Shown in pieces: positions 1 through 13,115 of a DNA stretch of 64,000 bases (the first letter of the stretch is position 1; every line of letters starts with the position of its first letter). The notes under the pieces are model-generated. The model was not told the origin of the DNA. It searched no databases and was given only the letters and a program-made list of their open reading frames with translations. Made by a program: the position numbers and the translations under genes. The DNA is taken from contig NW_027361738.1 in NCBI RefSeq assembly GCF_039654945.1, positions 72,044,001 through 72,108,000 of the forward strand, in the 5' to 3' direction. The DNA is from Dendrobates tinctorius (lineage: Eukaryota).

Positions 1-903
1 AGATAGATTTTTTTGTTTTATTTTATAGCATTCACCATTCAGTATTACACATATAAGCTTTATTCCATACCTCCCAACTTTTGAAGAGCAGAAAGTGGGA
101 CAGAATCTGGCACGCAAAAATTTTTGACCACGCCAATAGCCACACCCATTCCCCATTTCTTTCAACCCTGGCAGGAGATGTCAAAGAGGCGGTGGCAGCG
201 AGAGAAACTCTGCAGACGCCCGAGACTGCAGGGCGTAGACCCAAATCTGGGACTTTCCCGTTATCTAGGGCGGACGGGACTAGAGATGAGCGAATCGTTT
301 CACTAGTGCGGTTCAGCATCCAGACCAGTGTTACCGGGGGCTTGAACAGGAGGCCGTGAATTTCTTACTTTCCAACGTTGTTGACGCAGCTTTTGATTAG
401 CCAGGGCTGACGCGATATCATCTGTGTCCTTCTCATCTCTGGTTGGGACCTGTGGATTTTTTTTTTGTTCATTCATTCATAGTCGTAACAGCCAGAATGT
501 TCACATTTTTACGTAGCTTCACTGTCTGAGATAAAAAAAAAATCTGAATTACTCTGTAGTTGTAAAGCTTGTTGCCGCCCCATGAGTAAAGTTGTTGAAC
601 TGTTACCAGTCTTCGCCTGCCGTCATTCCAAATTAAGAAACCACTTTGTCACGAATGGCCATTTATCCACACTCTTAAAAAGGGGCATATTACTACATTA
701 TCTTTAATAAAAGGGGTAACACCACCTTCCACCACCGAACGGAAACAAGCCTTGTTACAATCCCTTTTTTACAAGCCTTTTTCATGATGTGACTTTAGAC
801 TTACGACCTTGGTCAACGGACGTAGAATAAGACAAGGAGAATGACGTCAGCCGCATGATATAAAAATTGTTATAAAATTCTGTTGGTCCACAAGCATCGA
901 TAA

Positions 904-1328
904 GGGTGGTATCACATTAGCGTTTCAGGGCGCAGCGACGGCCTGCCCCTGCCGCCAAGCCCCGCCCCCCTGCCGCGCCTCCTCAGGTAGCTCCGCCTAC
1001 CGGCGCATGATGCTGCATGCGTCCCCTATCTTTATCACTGGGGACGCAGGCCGTGCGCAGTATGCGTTTGGCGGCGCAGCGATCAGCTCCAAACGCAACT
1101 TGTTGCAATTTGGTTGCGCTCGGCGCACCGTCAAAAGGATGCATGCGCCACCAAACGCATACTGCGCACGGCCTGCGTCCCCAGTGTTAAAGATAGGGGA
1201 CGCAGGATGCATGCAGCGTCATGCGCCGGTAGGCGGAGCTGCTGGAGGAGGTGCAGCAGGGGGCGGAGCTTAGCAGCGGCCGTGTGCAGGCCGTTGCTGC
1301 GCCCTGAAACGCTAATGTGAAACCACCC
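904..1328. mobile_element. PIF/Harbinger (Tourist-like) fold-back MITE
   Basis: Termini GGGTGGTATCACATTAGCGTTTCAGGGCGCAGC / GCTGCGCCCTGAAACGCTAATGTGAAACCACCC, TAA on both sides, most of the element is self-complementary. Confidence 0.85.
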
Positions 1329-1444
1329 TAATAAGTACTACACCTATAGGAGTTGCAGTATGAGCATATTTGTATACTGGTAAAAAAACATTTAGTAATA
1401 AAATTAAAAAGAAGTTATTATGTATAATAAAAAAAAAGGACAAC

Positions 1445-2075
1445 AGTATTTTAGGAGTGATACCTTTATTGGTTAACCAGAAAAATGATATTTGCAGCTT
1501 TCAGAGCACAGAGGGTCCTTCATCAGGCAGAACTCTTAAATGACTTAATGAGACCAAAACATAACATTTAAGAGATGTTACAGCAGGACAGTTGTAGATG
1601 GGGTGATGCCTCCTAAAGATAAGCCAAAGTTAGAAAATTAATTTTTTTTGTTACAGATGGAGAAGTAGTGGGAGTGATGGCTTAGGAGGACTTTAGTGAT
1701 CCAGAGTCAGTCTAGAGGAGGTGCGAACTGCGTCCCTATGGTGAGTCATAAGACCAGGTGCTAGATTGCGCCCTATTGTTAACATTATGAGCAGCTTGAA
1801 TTCCCAGATTTTTCTCTGCAGTCGTTAAAATGACCTTACAGTATTACGACTTTTAAAGCTGTCATACTGTGTCCAGATACAGAGAAATATTTACACAGAG
1901 GCATGCCCAGCTCATTAGATATAGAATACCAGTGTAGTCTAAATCTCGATTGCAGTTTTTGCTTAGTTTCTCCAATATAGATACCTTAAAGGAACCTTAT
2001 ACACTTTATGATGAAGACCATATTAGAGAATGTGCATGAAAAGAAATCCAAGACCTGGCAGAATTTTGGATGGGA
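1445..2075 (-). mobile_element. Penelope-like element 3' remnant (degenerate GIY-YIG endonuclease plus terminal hammerhead-like motif)
   Basis: Minus strand reads FSCTFSNMVFIIKCIRFL*GIYIGETKQKLQSRFRLH...GHSMTALKVVIL*; downstream CTGATGA..GAAAGCT then AATAAAGGTATCAC. Confidence 0.8.
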
Positions 2076-2226
2076 GGTGTGTATCACCAAGGTGGCAAGC
2101 TTCAGGGATATGAAACCTGGTAAGCAGGCTCCAGCTGTAATAGGTGCTGAGAGGGATAATATGACCAGTATGGGCTCAGATTATTAGGAAGTAATAGAAG
2201 GAATGGTCAGGACTAGTCGTTCCCTC

Positions 2227-2372
2227 CAGAGGCGTAGCTAAGGGTTTAGCTCAGGGGAGGTGAAATATCTGAGTGTGCCCCTAAACAGGTAACCCCAGTT
2301 ACAACTACAGTGGCACACCCTAATTGTGGGCATAGGGGAACCTCCGCAGATGACCATGGTATTACTGAAAAT
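2227..2372. mobile_element. Left end of a hAT-like non-autonomous element interrupted by the CR1
   Basis: Starts CAGAGGCGTAGCTA, a terminus type seen in hAT-like non-autonomous elements; matching right TIR not found. Confidence 0.4.
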
Positions 2373-2594
2373 ACATAGTAACATAGTAACATAGTTATTA
2401 AGGTTGAAGGGAGACTTTAAGTCCATCTAGTTCAACCCATATCCTATCCTAACTTGCCCTAACATGTTGATCCAGAGGAAGGCAAAAAAAACCCATGTGG
2501 CAACAGTAAGCTTCACATTGGGGAAAAAAATTCCTTCCCGACTTCACATACGGCAATCAGACTAGCTCCCTGGATCAACGCAATATTAAGGAGA

Positions 2595-5371
2595 CTAGTG
2601 TATATACCCTGTAATATTATACTTTTCAAGAAAGGCATCCAGTCCCTTCTTAAATTTTAGTAGTGAATCACTCATTACAACATCATATGGCAGAGAGTTC
2701 CATAGTCTCACTGCTCTTAAAGTAAAGAATCCGCGTCTGTGAGTATGCTTAAACCTTCTTTCCTCCAGACGTAGAGGATGCCCCCTTGTCCCCGTCACAG
2801 GTCTAAGAGTAAAAAGATCATTAGAAAGGTCTTGGTATTGTCCCCGCATATATTTATACATTGTAATAAGATCACCCCTAAGCCTTCGATTCTCCAAACT
2901 AAATAACACCAAGTGTAATAACCTGTCTTGGTATTGCAGACCCCCTAGTTCCCTAATAACCTTGGTCGCTCTTCTCTGCACCCGCTCCAGTTCAGCTATG
3001 TCTTTCTTATACACCGGAGACCAGAACTGTACACAGTATTCTAAGTGTGGTCGCACTAGTGACTTATATAGAGGTAAAATTATGTTCTCCTCATGAGCAT
3101 CTATGCCTCTTTTAATGCATCCCATTATTTTATTTGCCTTTGCAGCAGCTGCTTGACTCTGGCCACTAAATGTGAGTTTGTCGTCCACCCATACACCCAG
3201 GTCTTTTTCAGTGACTGTTTTGCCCAGTGTTTTACAATTAAGCACATAATTATACAACTTGTTCGTTCTACCCAAGTGCATGACCTTACATTTATCCCCA
3301 TTAAAGCTCATTTGCCATTTATCAGCCCAAGCTTCTAGTTTACATAAATCCTCCTGTAATATAAAATTGTCCTCCTCTGTATTAATTACCCTGCAGAGTT
3401 TAGTGTCATCTGCAAATATTGAAATTCTACTCTCTATGCCCCCTACAAGGTCATTAATAAATATGTTAAAAAGAAGCGGGCCCAAAACTGACCCCTGTGG
3501 TACCCCACTGCTAACCGTGACCCAGTCCGAGTGTGCTCCATTAATAACCACCCTTTGTTTCCTATCCCTGAGCCAGCTCTTAACCCACCTACACATATTT
3601 TCCCCTATCCCCATTGTTCTCATTTTATGTATCAACCTTTTGTGTGGCACCGTATCAAAAGCTTTTGAAAAGTCCATGTACACCACGTCCACTGCATACC
3701 CTTGGTCCAGTCCGGAACTTACCTCTTCATAAAAGCTTATCAGATTAGTCTGACAGGAACGGTCCCTTGTAAACCCTTGTTGATATTGGGTCATGAGGTT
3801 ATTCTTCTTCAGATACTCCAGTATAGTATCTCTTAGAAAACCCTCCAGGATTTTACCCACAGTTGAGGTTAAACTTACTGGCCTATAATTTCCAAGTTCA
3901 GTTTTTGTCCCCTTTTTGAATATTGGCACCACATTTGCTATACGCCAGTCCTGTGGTACAGACCCTGTTATTATGGAATCTTTAAAGATTAAAAATAGTG
4001 GTCTATCTATGACTGTGCTTAATTCCTGCAGTACTCGGGGGTGTATCCCATCCGGGCCCGGGGATTTGTCAATTTTAGTGATTTGTAGACGCCGCCGTAC
4101 TTCCTGCTGGGTTAAGCAGGTGGCATTTAATGGAGAATTTTTATCCCTGATCATGTTATCCGTCATGGGATTTTCTTGTGTAAATACTGTTGAAAAAAAG
4201 TCATTTAGCATATTGGCTTTTTCCTCATCCTCATCCACCATTTCACCCAGACTATTTTTAAGGGGACCAACACTATCATTTTTTAGCTTCTTACTATTTA
4301 TGTAGTTAAAGAATATTTTGGGATTATTTTTACTTTCTCTGGCAATGAGTCTCTCTGTCTCAATCTTTGCTGTCTTGATTTGCTTTTTACAGAGTTTATT
4401 TAATCTTCTGTATTTAGTTAATGCCTCATCACTACCTACTTGCTTTAATTCTCTAAATGCTTTATTTTTATCTCTTATTGCGCCCCTTACAGCTCTATTT
4501 AGCCATAGCGGTTTCCTCCTATTTCTCGCATATTTATTCCCATACGGTATATATTGTGCACAGGTCCTATTCAGGATGCTAATAAACGTCTCCCATTTTC
4601 TTTGTGTATTTTTATGTCTCAGGATATCGTCCCAGTTAATTGCACCAAGATCATCTCTCATCCGTTGGAAATTTGCCTTCCTGAAGTTTAGTGTCCTTGT
4701 AACCCCTCTACTACACATCTTATTAAAGGATACATGAAAACTTATTAATTTGTGATCACTATTACCCAAGTGACCCTCAACCCTTACATTTGATATGCGG
4801 TCTGGCCTGTTGGTTAATATTAGGTCTAGCAGTGCCCCCCTCTTGTTGGGTCCTGAACCAGTTGTGAAAGGTAATTGTCTCTCATCGTTGTCAGAAACCT
4901 ATCACCTTTGCTGGAACTGCAGGTTTCGGTTCCCCAATGTATTTCAGGGTAGTTGAAGTCCCCCATAATAATGACTTCTCCTTGAGTCGCTGCTTCATCT
5001 ATTTGCTTGATGAGGATATTCTCTTTTGCTTCCATTATTTTTGGAGATTTATAACAAACCCCTATCAGTAATTTATTATTTTTCCCCCCTCCCCTTACCT
5101 CTACCCACAGGGACTCTACATTTTCATTAGATTCATATATATTATCACGCAGGATGGGTTTTAAGGATGATTTTACATATAAACGCACTCCTCCCCCTCG
5201 CTTATTTGTACGGTCATCTCTGAACAGACTATAGCCCTGTAAATTAACCGCCCAGTCATGGCTCTCGTCCAGCCATGTCTTAGATATCCCCACCATGTCA
5301 TAATTATGTTCCAACAACATTAACTCCAATTCCTCCATTTTGTTGGCGAGGCTTCTGGCATTAGTATACAT
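2595..5371 (-). pseudogene. CR1 ORF2 (APE endonuclease + reverse transcriptase), one frameshift at 4835-4840
   Basis: EN motifs YTNARSL, GDFN, SDH; RT motifs KSPGPDG, NYRPVSLTS, DFSKAFD, GVPQGSVLGP, FADD; split into ORFs 4826..5371 and 2595..4769. Confidence 0.92.
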
Positions 5372-5527
5372 GCACTTTATGTATCTCTCTGTACCTCTAT
5401 TCTTAAATTATTAACTGTTCTAACCCCACCCCCCATGCCACCCCCATCCCCAATTTCATTATTTGTGCCCAGGTCTCTATCTGCACTGTCTTCCCCTCCT
5501 ATAAAAGGAATACCCTCCCCCCCGTCC

Positions 5528-6509
5528 CTAGTTTAAACACTCCTCCAACCTTCTAGCCATTTTCTCCCCCAGCACAGCTGCACCCTCCCCATTGAGGTGC
5601 AGCCCGTCCCTAGCGTAGAACCTGTAGCCAACTGAGAAGTCGGCCCAGTTCTGCAGGAACCCAAACCCCTCCTTCCTACACCAATTCCTGAGCCACTTAT
5701 TAACCTCCCTAATCTCCCGCTGCCTCTCTGGCGTGGCACGTGGTACAGGAAGTATTTCCGAAAATACCACCTTGGAGGTCCCTGCTTTAAGCTTACAGCC
5801 TAATTCCCTGAAATCATCTTTAAGGACCTTCCACCTACCTCTAACTTTGTCATTTGTGCCAATGTGCACCATGACCACTGGATCCTCTCCAGCCCCTCCC
5901 AGTAATCTGTCATCCCGATCCGTGATGTGTCGGACTCGAGCGCCAGGTAGGCAGCACACCATTCGATAATACCTGTCTTTGTGACAGATTGCCCTATCTG
6001 TTCCCCTAATAATGGAGTCTCCCACTACCAGAACCTGTCTGGCCTGCCCTGCTCTCCTATTTCCCCCCTTACTGGAGCAGACACTCCTCCGGCTTTCAGA
6101 GGACATGCCTTGCTGCAGCAGTACTACTCCTGCACTAACACTCCCCTCATCTGCCAACTTAGCAAACTTATTGGGGTGTGCCAGATCAGGACTAGCCTCC
6201 CTGGTGCTCTTCCCTCTACCCCGCCTTCTAACTGTCACCCAGCTAGCTGCTTCATTGTCCTGCAGCTCCAACCTAGCATCCCCCCTCATCTATCCCATTG
6301 AGCGTCTGCTCAGTGAGCAGAAGACTCCTTTCCATATTGTCTATGGATCTCAGTGTTACCAGCTGCACATTTAGATCCAGTATCTGGGCTTCCAAATGCA
6401 CAACGTGCTCACATCTCGCACAGCAGTATGCACCCTCGACCGGCTGTTCAAGGGTTTCATACATGCAGCAAGACGTGCACTGGATGGCATTGGCAATAGT
6501 GGAGCACAT
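5528..6509 (-). pseudogene. CR1 ORF1 (Cys-rich zinc finger, coiled coil, SGNH esterase), one frameshift at 6280-6285
   Basis: CTSCCMY...CARCEH then heptad region; esterase blocks VGDSIIR, GTND, DGLHLN. Confidence 0.88.
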
Positions 6510-7184
6510 CCTAGTGGGGATTGCACCAGACAATAAGATAAGCAAAAATAAATAAGAAAAAAAAAAAAAAAAAAGTATTAATATAATAACAGCAATTCAG
6601 TAAGACCTCCCTTGGAAACTCCCTGAATCTAAAGTCACTGAATCTCAAGTCACACACTTACCACAGTTCGCACTTACACTCAGGTCACGCTCAGCTCGTT
6701 CACACTCGCTCAGGAAGAAGATTTAAAAGAGTTTTTTTTTTTTTCCCCTTTTACCAGCACACCACCCTGCTGCTCAATGCACTTCCAATCTCTATAAGAA
6801 AAAAAAAACACTGTTATTAACGCCATATGGTGCTAGATACCACAACTGCAGAACATATAGGAGATTACAGTACAGTTATAAATAGTGACTTACAGGTGAT
6901 GTTCTTCTTGATGGAAACATTCACTTTTCCCTTCTTTTCCATTTGGCCCAGAGTGACATGACATAACTTCTCCAGCCAGGACTCAGCTGCAGATATTATA
7001 ACAAAGACACATATGATTTCTCACTTTTCCAGCACCGTTCCCATCTATTTCCTGCCTGTACAACCTCCTCATCCTACTGGTACTGCCAACTTTGACAATC
7101 ACAAAACTCTGAGTGCCCCTATAACAATAATGCTTCTTAACTGCCCAATTAACATTTAATATTGTCCCGAGTACCCAAAATGTA

Positions 7185-7720
7185 CAGCTCCCCTATACAC
7201 AGTACGATGGGCCCACAGCTGCCCTATACACAGTACGATGGGCCCACAGCTGCCCTATGCACAGTATGATGGGTCCACAGCTCCTCTATGCACAGTATGA
7301 ACAACCTACAGCTGCCCTATACATAGCAGGGTGGGTCCACAGCTCTCCTATGCACAGTATGAGGGGCCCACTGCTCCTTAAAACACGATATAATGGCTCC
7401 CACAGTAGCACCCACACTATATAATGGCCTCCACACTGTCAAATGGCTCCCACAGTAGCCCCAATACTATATATTGGCCCTCACACTTGAAATTAGCCTC
7501 TACAGTAGTCTCCACACTATATGATGGCCCCTAAACTGTAGAATGGCGCTCATATTAACTCTGACACTGTATAATGGCCCCGCAGTAGTCCCCACACTTT
7601 ATATTGGCTCCCACACTGTATGAAGGCCTCTCACAGTAGTCCCCATATTAGCCCCCAAGCTGTACAATTGCCCTCTCATTAGCTCCCAAACTGTATAACG
7701 GCCCCAACAGTAGTCCTCAC
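7185..7720. repeat. Degenerate ~38-40-bp tandem repeats
   Basis: Reiterated cagctgccctatacacagtacgatgggcccac and cacagtagtccccacactgtataatggcc-type units. Confidence 0.7.
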
Positions 7721-8329
7721 ACCAGGGCTGCCACTAGGAATTTCGGGGCCCCATGCTGGCAACATTTTTTGGGGCCCCCTTGAGACTCCATCCCAGCCCC
7801 GCCTCCACCCCTTGAATTGTCCACTGTCCTCTCTTGGAAAACTGCACTTCTGTACCACGTCCTCACCAATCACACATTAACAGTTCCCATCACCAGATTA
7901 CATACATTGCCAGCAGCTTATGTTTTGGACAAAATATTTTTTAATCTGCCACCATGACAAGTTAGACTCTTTTGGCCGAGCCGTACTTTACTCTATCCTA
8001 TTAATCGTTTGTTAAATTATCCAATACAATTTAGATATATTTGTATTTATTTTTCAATGTTTAAAATGACCAATAATATCACATGCAAGGAACAAATACC
8101 ACCACACCATGACCAGATTACCACCACAGTGACCGAATAATACCAGATACAAAAAACAAATACCACCACACCATGACCAGATCACATATTACCACCACAG
8201 TGACCGAATACCACATACAAAGAATACGGCCACACAATGACCAGCCCAGATATTACCACCACTTAGTGACCGAATACTTCAATACTGATCATTAATTAAA
8301 GAGACACAATACTAATATCACCATAAGTG

Positions 8330-9065
8330 CCATTATACACAGGAGATCTGTATTTAGTATGCAGTGTCCATGTAAGGTAATACAGTGATCACTGGTGACA
8401 TTATACACAGCAGCTCTGTATACAGCATTTAGTGTATAGTGTCAGTGTACAGATAATAGTGGTCACCGGTGACCTTATGCACAGGACCTCTGTATATAGT
8501 GCCAGTGTACAGGTAATACAGTGATCACTGGTGACATTGTACATAGGAGCTCTGTATATAGTGTCAGTGTACAGGTAATATAGTGATCACTGGTGACATT
8601 ATACACAGGAGCTCTGTACAGTGTCAGGGTAAAGGTAATCGTGATCACTGGTGACATTGTACACAGGAGCTCTGTATACAGCATTTAGTCCAGCATTTAG
8701 TAGTATAGTATAGTGTCAGTGTACAGGTAATACAGTGATCACCAGTGACATTATACACAGGACCTCTGTATATAGTGTCAGTGTACAGCTAATACAGTGA
8801 TCACTGGTGACATTATACACAGCAGCTTTGTATACAGCATTTAATGTACAGTGTCCGTGTACAGGTAATACAGTGCTCACCAGTGACATTATGCACAGGA
8901 GCCCTGTATAGTCTGTGTACAGGTAATATAGTGATCACTGGTGACATTGTACACAGGAGCTCTGTATACAATGTCAGGGTAAATGTAATACAGTGATCAC
9001 TGGTGACATTATACACAGGACCGCTGTATATAGTACACAGTGTATAGTGTCAGTGTACAGGTAAA
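8330..9065. repeat. ~58-bp minisatellite
   Basis: acaggtaatacagtgatcactggtgacattatacacaggagctctgtatatagtgtcagtgt repeated roughly a dozen times; follows a hAT-like terminus CAGGGCTGCCACTAGG at ~7723. Confidence 0.85.
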
Positions 9066-9186
9066 ACACTGACTCATCAGTGACATCTCTAGGTGAAGTC
9101 CTTCATCTTCACTTTTCATCTTCATCCAGCACAGATCGCCATCACTTGTTCCAGCCAGGGCGTGCCTCTGAAGGAAATAACAGTTA

Positions 9187-9381
9187 GGCTGAGGTCACAC
9201 TTGCGAGAAACTAGCACAAGTCTCTCGTCTCAATACCCGGTACTGCTGCCGGCACTCTGACCAGAGCGCTCAGCTGCATAGAAATAAATTCAGCCGCACA
9301 CTCCGGTCCAGAGTGCCGGCGGCAGTGTTGGGTATTGAGACAAGAGACTTGTGCGAGCTTCTCGCAAGTGTGACCCCGGCC
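9187..9381. mobile_element. Harbinger-type MITE
   Basis: GGCTGAGGTCACACTTGCGAG...CTCGCAAGTGTGACCCCGGCC, TTA TSD. Confidence 0.85.
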
Positions 9382-9872
9382 TTATCAAGAGCACAACTTG
9401 CAGAGCACATTACTTCATTTTTCCCAACTTCTACACTACACCAGATGAAGAAAAAAAAGGCAACAGTGTCGCTCTGCACAGTAACAGGACCGCCCGATTG
9501 AAAACAGTATCCTCAAAAAATAAAATACATGACTGCAGTAATAAAATCCTTTAATTAGCCCCTAGGCTAATATCCCCCATCCTCGCCCCCTTGTCTCATT
9601 ACTTTCTCCATCCATATGTTCTATCATCCTGCCGTCATGAGTATCCATTCTCCCCATGTGATGTCCCATCCTGCCCCACAATCTCCTCATCCTGCCCCAT
9701 CTGTTCCCATGATCCTGCCTCATCTGTGGCATTTTATTCATCCTGTCCCATGAACTTGCCCCATCTGTCTCCATCATACCCTATCTGTCTCCATCCTGTC
9801 CCATAATCCTGCACAATGTCTCCATCCTGCCCCATATTCCTGCACCATGAGTCTCCATCCTGCCCCATCTGT

Positions 9873-10355
9873 TGTCCGATATGTGAGCGGTGTGTGTATC
9901 CAATATGTGAGTGATGTGTGTGTGTGTATCCGATATGTGAGGCGTGTGTGTGTATCCGATGTGAGCGGTATGTGTGTATATCCGATGTGAGCAGTGTGCG
10001 CGCTGTATGTATCCGATATGTGAGCGGTGTGTGTATCCGATATGTGAGCGGTGTGTGTATCCGATGTGAGCGGTGTGTGTGTATCCGATGTGAGCGGTAT
10101 GTGTGTATATCCGATGTGAGCAGTGTGTGCGCTGTATGTATCCGATATGTGAGCGGTGTGTCTGTATCCGATGTGAGCGGTATGTGTGTATATCCGATGT
10201 GAGCAGTGTGTGTGCTGTATGTATCCGATATGTGAGCGGTGTGTGTGCTGCATGTGTCCGATATGTGAGCGGTGTGTGTGTGTTGTATGTATCCGATATG
10301 TGAGCAGTGTGTGTGTGCTGCATGTGTCTGACATGTGAGCAGTGTGTGTGCGCTG
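9873..10355. repeat. GT-rich minisatellite (tatccgatatgtgagcggtgtgtg variants)
   Basis: Direct inspection; explains the His/Thr-rich pseudo-ORFs. Confidence 0.9.
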
Positions 10356-11384
10356 TATAGAATAGGACCTGAATAGCAGCAGATGGGGAAGAATGAGCAA
10401 CACTAAAAGTGAATCTATACAGAAAATTTCACGAGTTAGACCCCGCTTGATTACCAATGACACGTTAACAAGAAACAAAGCAGCTAAAAGTTTTATTGCA
10501 GAGAGACTAAGTTGACAATGTGACCCTCAGAGTTTGTGCACCCCTGCTTGGGACTCACCAGTACCTGGAGAGTCCGGATTTCTTCTGCTCCTCGGTTTTT
10601 ACAGGTAAATAAAATGAAGATCATGAATGGTTTTACAACTTTTTAACATGTAAAATAAAGTAGACCCTCAGTCACAATCTTTTAGATATTCCGGTTTATT
10701 TTAGAACATAAAAAAAAAGACATTTTCAGAAAGCAATTTGCAACATATGAGAGATGGGAATAAATGTAGTTTTTGTTCTTAAAATTAGGGCAAATTCATA
10801 ATAAAATCTAAACCGATGAGCGAGACGTTATTTATCGGTATCCTGCAATATCTGGTAACCAGATATTGTTCTGACCCGTTACCAATTATTATTAAAGATT
10901 CCAAAACCTCCATCTGTAACCAATGAACCAAGCGCAACTAGTGAGTCACTAGGAGATTAGGATCAGATCGGCCTATCAGTACTACTGCTGGAGCGGACTT
11001 TGTGATCAGCCTCGTACCTCAGCGAGGTGACCCACTCTCACGACAATCAAGAAAAACATGAAAAACAAAAAAATGTACATGAAGTCATTTCTGCTATGGA
11101 AAAACCTTAAAACAAATTATATTATTAAAGAACAAACATATCCAACATTTGAAACGCTTATAAAATAAATCATTACACTCCATACAAAAATTAATTTCCA
11201 TATTCCTCACATTTTACACAGCATCTCAGAGTACACAGTAACCAAATGAAACGTGTGAATCTGCCCCGCTGTGTCGGTTGGTAAATTACATCACCTTTTT
11301 GAAATTTTACCTAAAACAGCGCCACTCTTGTCCATAGGAGAGTTCTGGTATTGCAGTTCAGCCCCAAATCAACTGAAAACAATG

Positions 11385-11475
11385 GGATATAGGGATTTTT
11401 GTGTACTCACCGAAAAAATCCTTTTATCCGAGCCATTCATTGGGTCTGTGTCCCCCAATGAGGCGTAGGAGAAAA
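11385..11475. mobile_element. Collapsed DIRS-like terminal remnant
   Basis: ggatttttgtgtactcaccgaaaaaatcc...cattcattggg followed by ctgtgtcccccaatgaggcgtaggagaaa resembles DIRS1 terminal/ICR motifs as I recall them. Confidence 0.4.
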
Positions 11476-11569
11476 CAGTTCAGCAGTTTCAGTGGGGAAA
11501 GAAAAAAAAAAAAAGTATTTTCCCTGTAGTCTAATAGAGCGTTACATATTTTTACATAGCTTACTATTA

Positions 11570-11708
11570 GGCTTTATTCACACATCAGTATTTATAGGCC
11601 AAAACCAAGAGAGTCTCCAAAACACAGAACAGCGGTCAATCAATTATACTTTTCCTGATTGTTCCACTCCTGGTTTTGGCTTACAAACACTGACGTGTGA
11701 ATGAGGCC
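11570..11708. mobile_element. Harbinger-type MITE
   Basis: GGCTTTATTCACACATCAGT...ACTGACGTGTGAATGAGGCC, TTA TSD. Confidence 0.75.
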
Positions 11709-12920
11709 TTATGCCGGAGGCAGCAGGACTTATAGAGAACGATGCACTTTAACAGATATAGCCCAGGTCAGTACGATTATAGCAATACTAGAATTCTAGA
11801 ATTTTTTTTTCTAGTGGTAAAAAAAAAAAAAAAAAAAAAAAAAATTCAGAAGAATTTTGTGAAAAAAAATATAATAAATAAATAAAAAATTGGGGATTGG
11901 GTTTGTGAGATCCATAGCTTTTATTTTTCGGTCAATTAAGCTGGTGTAAGGGTATATTTTATTTTAGAGTTTTTTAGTAATAACATTTGATGCTTTCTTC
12001 CCTTTTGATTGCATTTTTAAGGTTTTCATTTTTTTTTCATTCTTATGGTATTTAACAACATATGGGCTTAATTAATCTGAGGTTTAAATGTGATTCTTGA
12101 CTGTTAAACTGGTGCCTAACTTTTTTTTTTTTCAGTTCGCTTGTTCTATATAGTCCTCTAGAGATAATTTCCTGTTGATAAAACTATGATTTTATCAAAA
12201 CTGCAGCAAGTAGCCCGTAAGTGACGTCACTGGAATCGAGGTCTCTGTCTTTACATAGCATAAAAACTGCTGAAAGATTCCCTATAAGGAGAGCATCTGA
12301 CCACAAAATCATCAGAAAGAGCAAATTCAATTATTTTCTGGAGGACTGCATTGCCATCAAAAATCACTCTATTCTAGTTGTCATTTCTTGATTATTTTTT
12401 TTTTTATCAGATGAGCTTCAGCTGATAGGGATGATTTTTAGAGGAATTTTGAAATCTGTCTAGGGAAGTCTGAAAACTGGGAAGAAGAGTAATACTATTA
12501 CAAAGCCATGTATATCTAACTAGTAGAGAAGCTGAACAAGTGATTTATTTCCCTGCAGTGCCTCCGCAGGAAAAATGAAATATTACATGGTTTCCATTAA
12601 AATCAATGAGCTTCACAAATGTGATGGGTCCTCCAAAGCGAGCAAGTCTTGATGCTTCTGGTTAGGACCCTAAACAACAAGTGTGATCCATTGTTCTATA
12701 GTTTTTTTTTCTAAGCCAGGGTGTTAAGAAATGTGTTTTCTGGTTTTAGAAAGTGTAAAAAAAACCAAACAAACAACATTAAAAAAGTTGTATAGACGAC
12801 ATTATGACCAGCATATATGCCACTTCTATGCGAAGCAGAGATGTGCAGAGAAGAGGTTGGGGGTTAGTGTCCTGTAAAATCCTCTCATCTGAGCTATGTA
12901 CAACAATAGCCATAGATTTA

Positions 12921-13115
12921 GGCCGAAGTCACACTACAGCGAGATACGGCCGAGTCTCGCAGGTTAAAACCAAGCTCTGGCACCGGCACTCCGGAGCGGA
13001 GCGTGCAGCTCCATGTATTGCTGTGCGGCTACACGCTCCGCTCCGGAGTGCCGGCGCCAGAGCTTGGTTTTAACCTGCGAGACTCGGCCGTATCTCGCTA
13101 TGTGTGATCTCGGCC
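12921..13115. mobile_element. Harbinger-type palindromic MITE
   Basis: GGCCGAAGTCACAC...GTGTGATCTCGGCC, near-perfect fold-back, TTA TSD. Confidence 0.88.

Larger units (their letters stand above)
2373..6790 (-). mobile_element. Near full-length CR1 LINE
   Basis: ORF1 plus ORF2 present; 3' end is a (TTACTATG)n octamer tail (acatagta repeats at 2373-2395) typical of CR1; 5' boundary approximate, no clear TSD. Confidence 0.93.

Noticed and set aside
8330-10355. CRISPR-like arrays
   Set aside because: No unique spacers; eukaryotic minisatellites
10553-10625. Possible extra minus-strand exon ending in GTGAGT
   Set aside because: No recognisable protein similarity or partner exons
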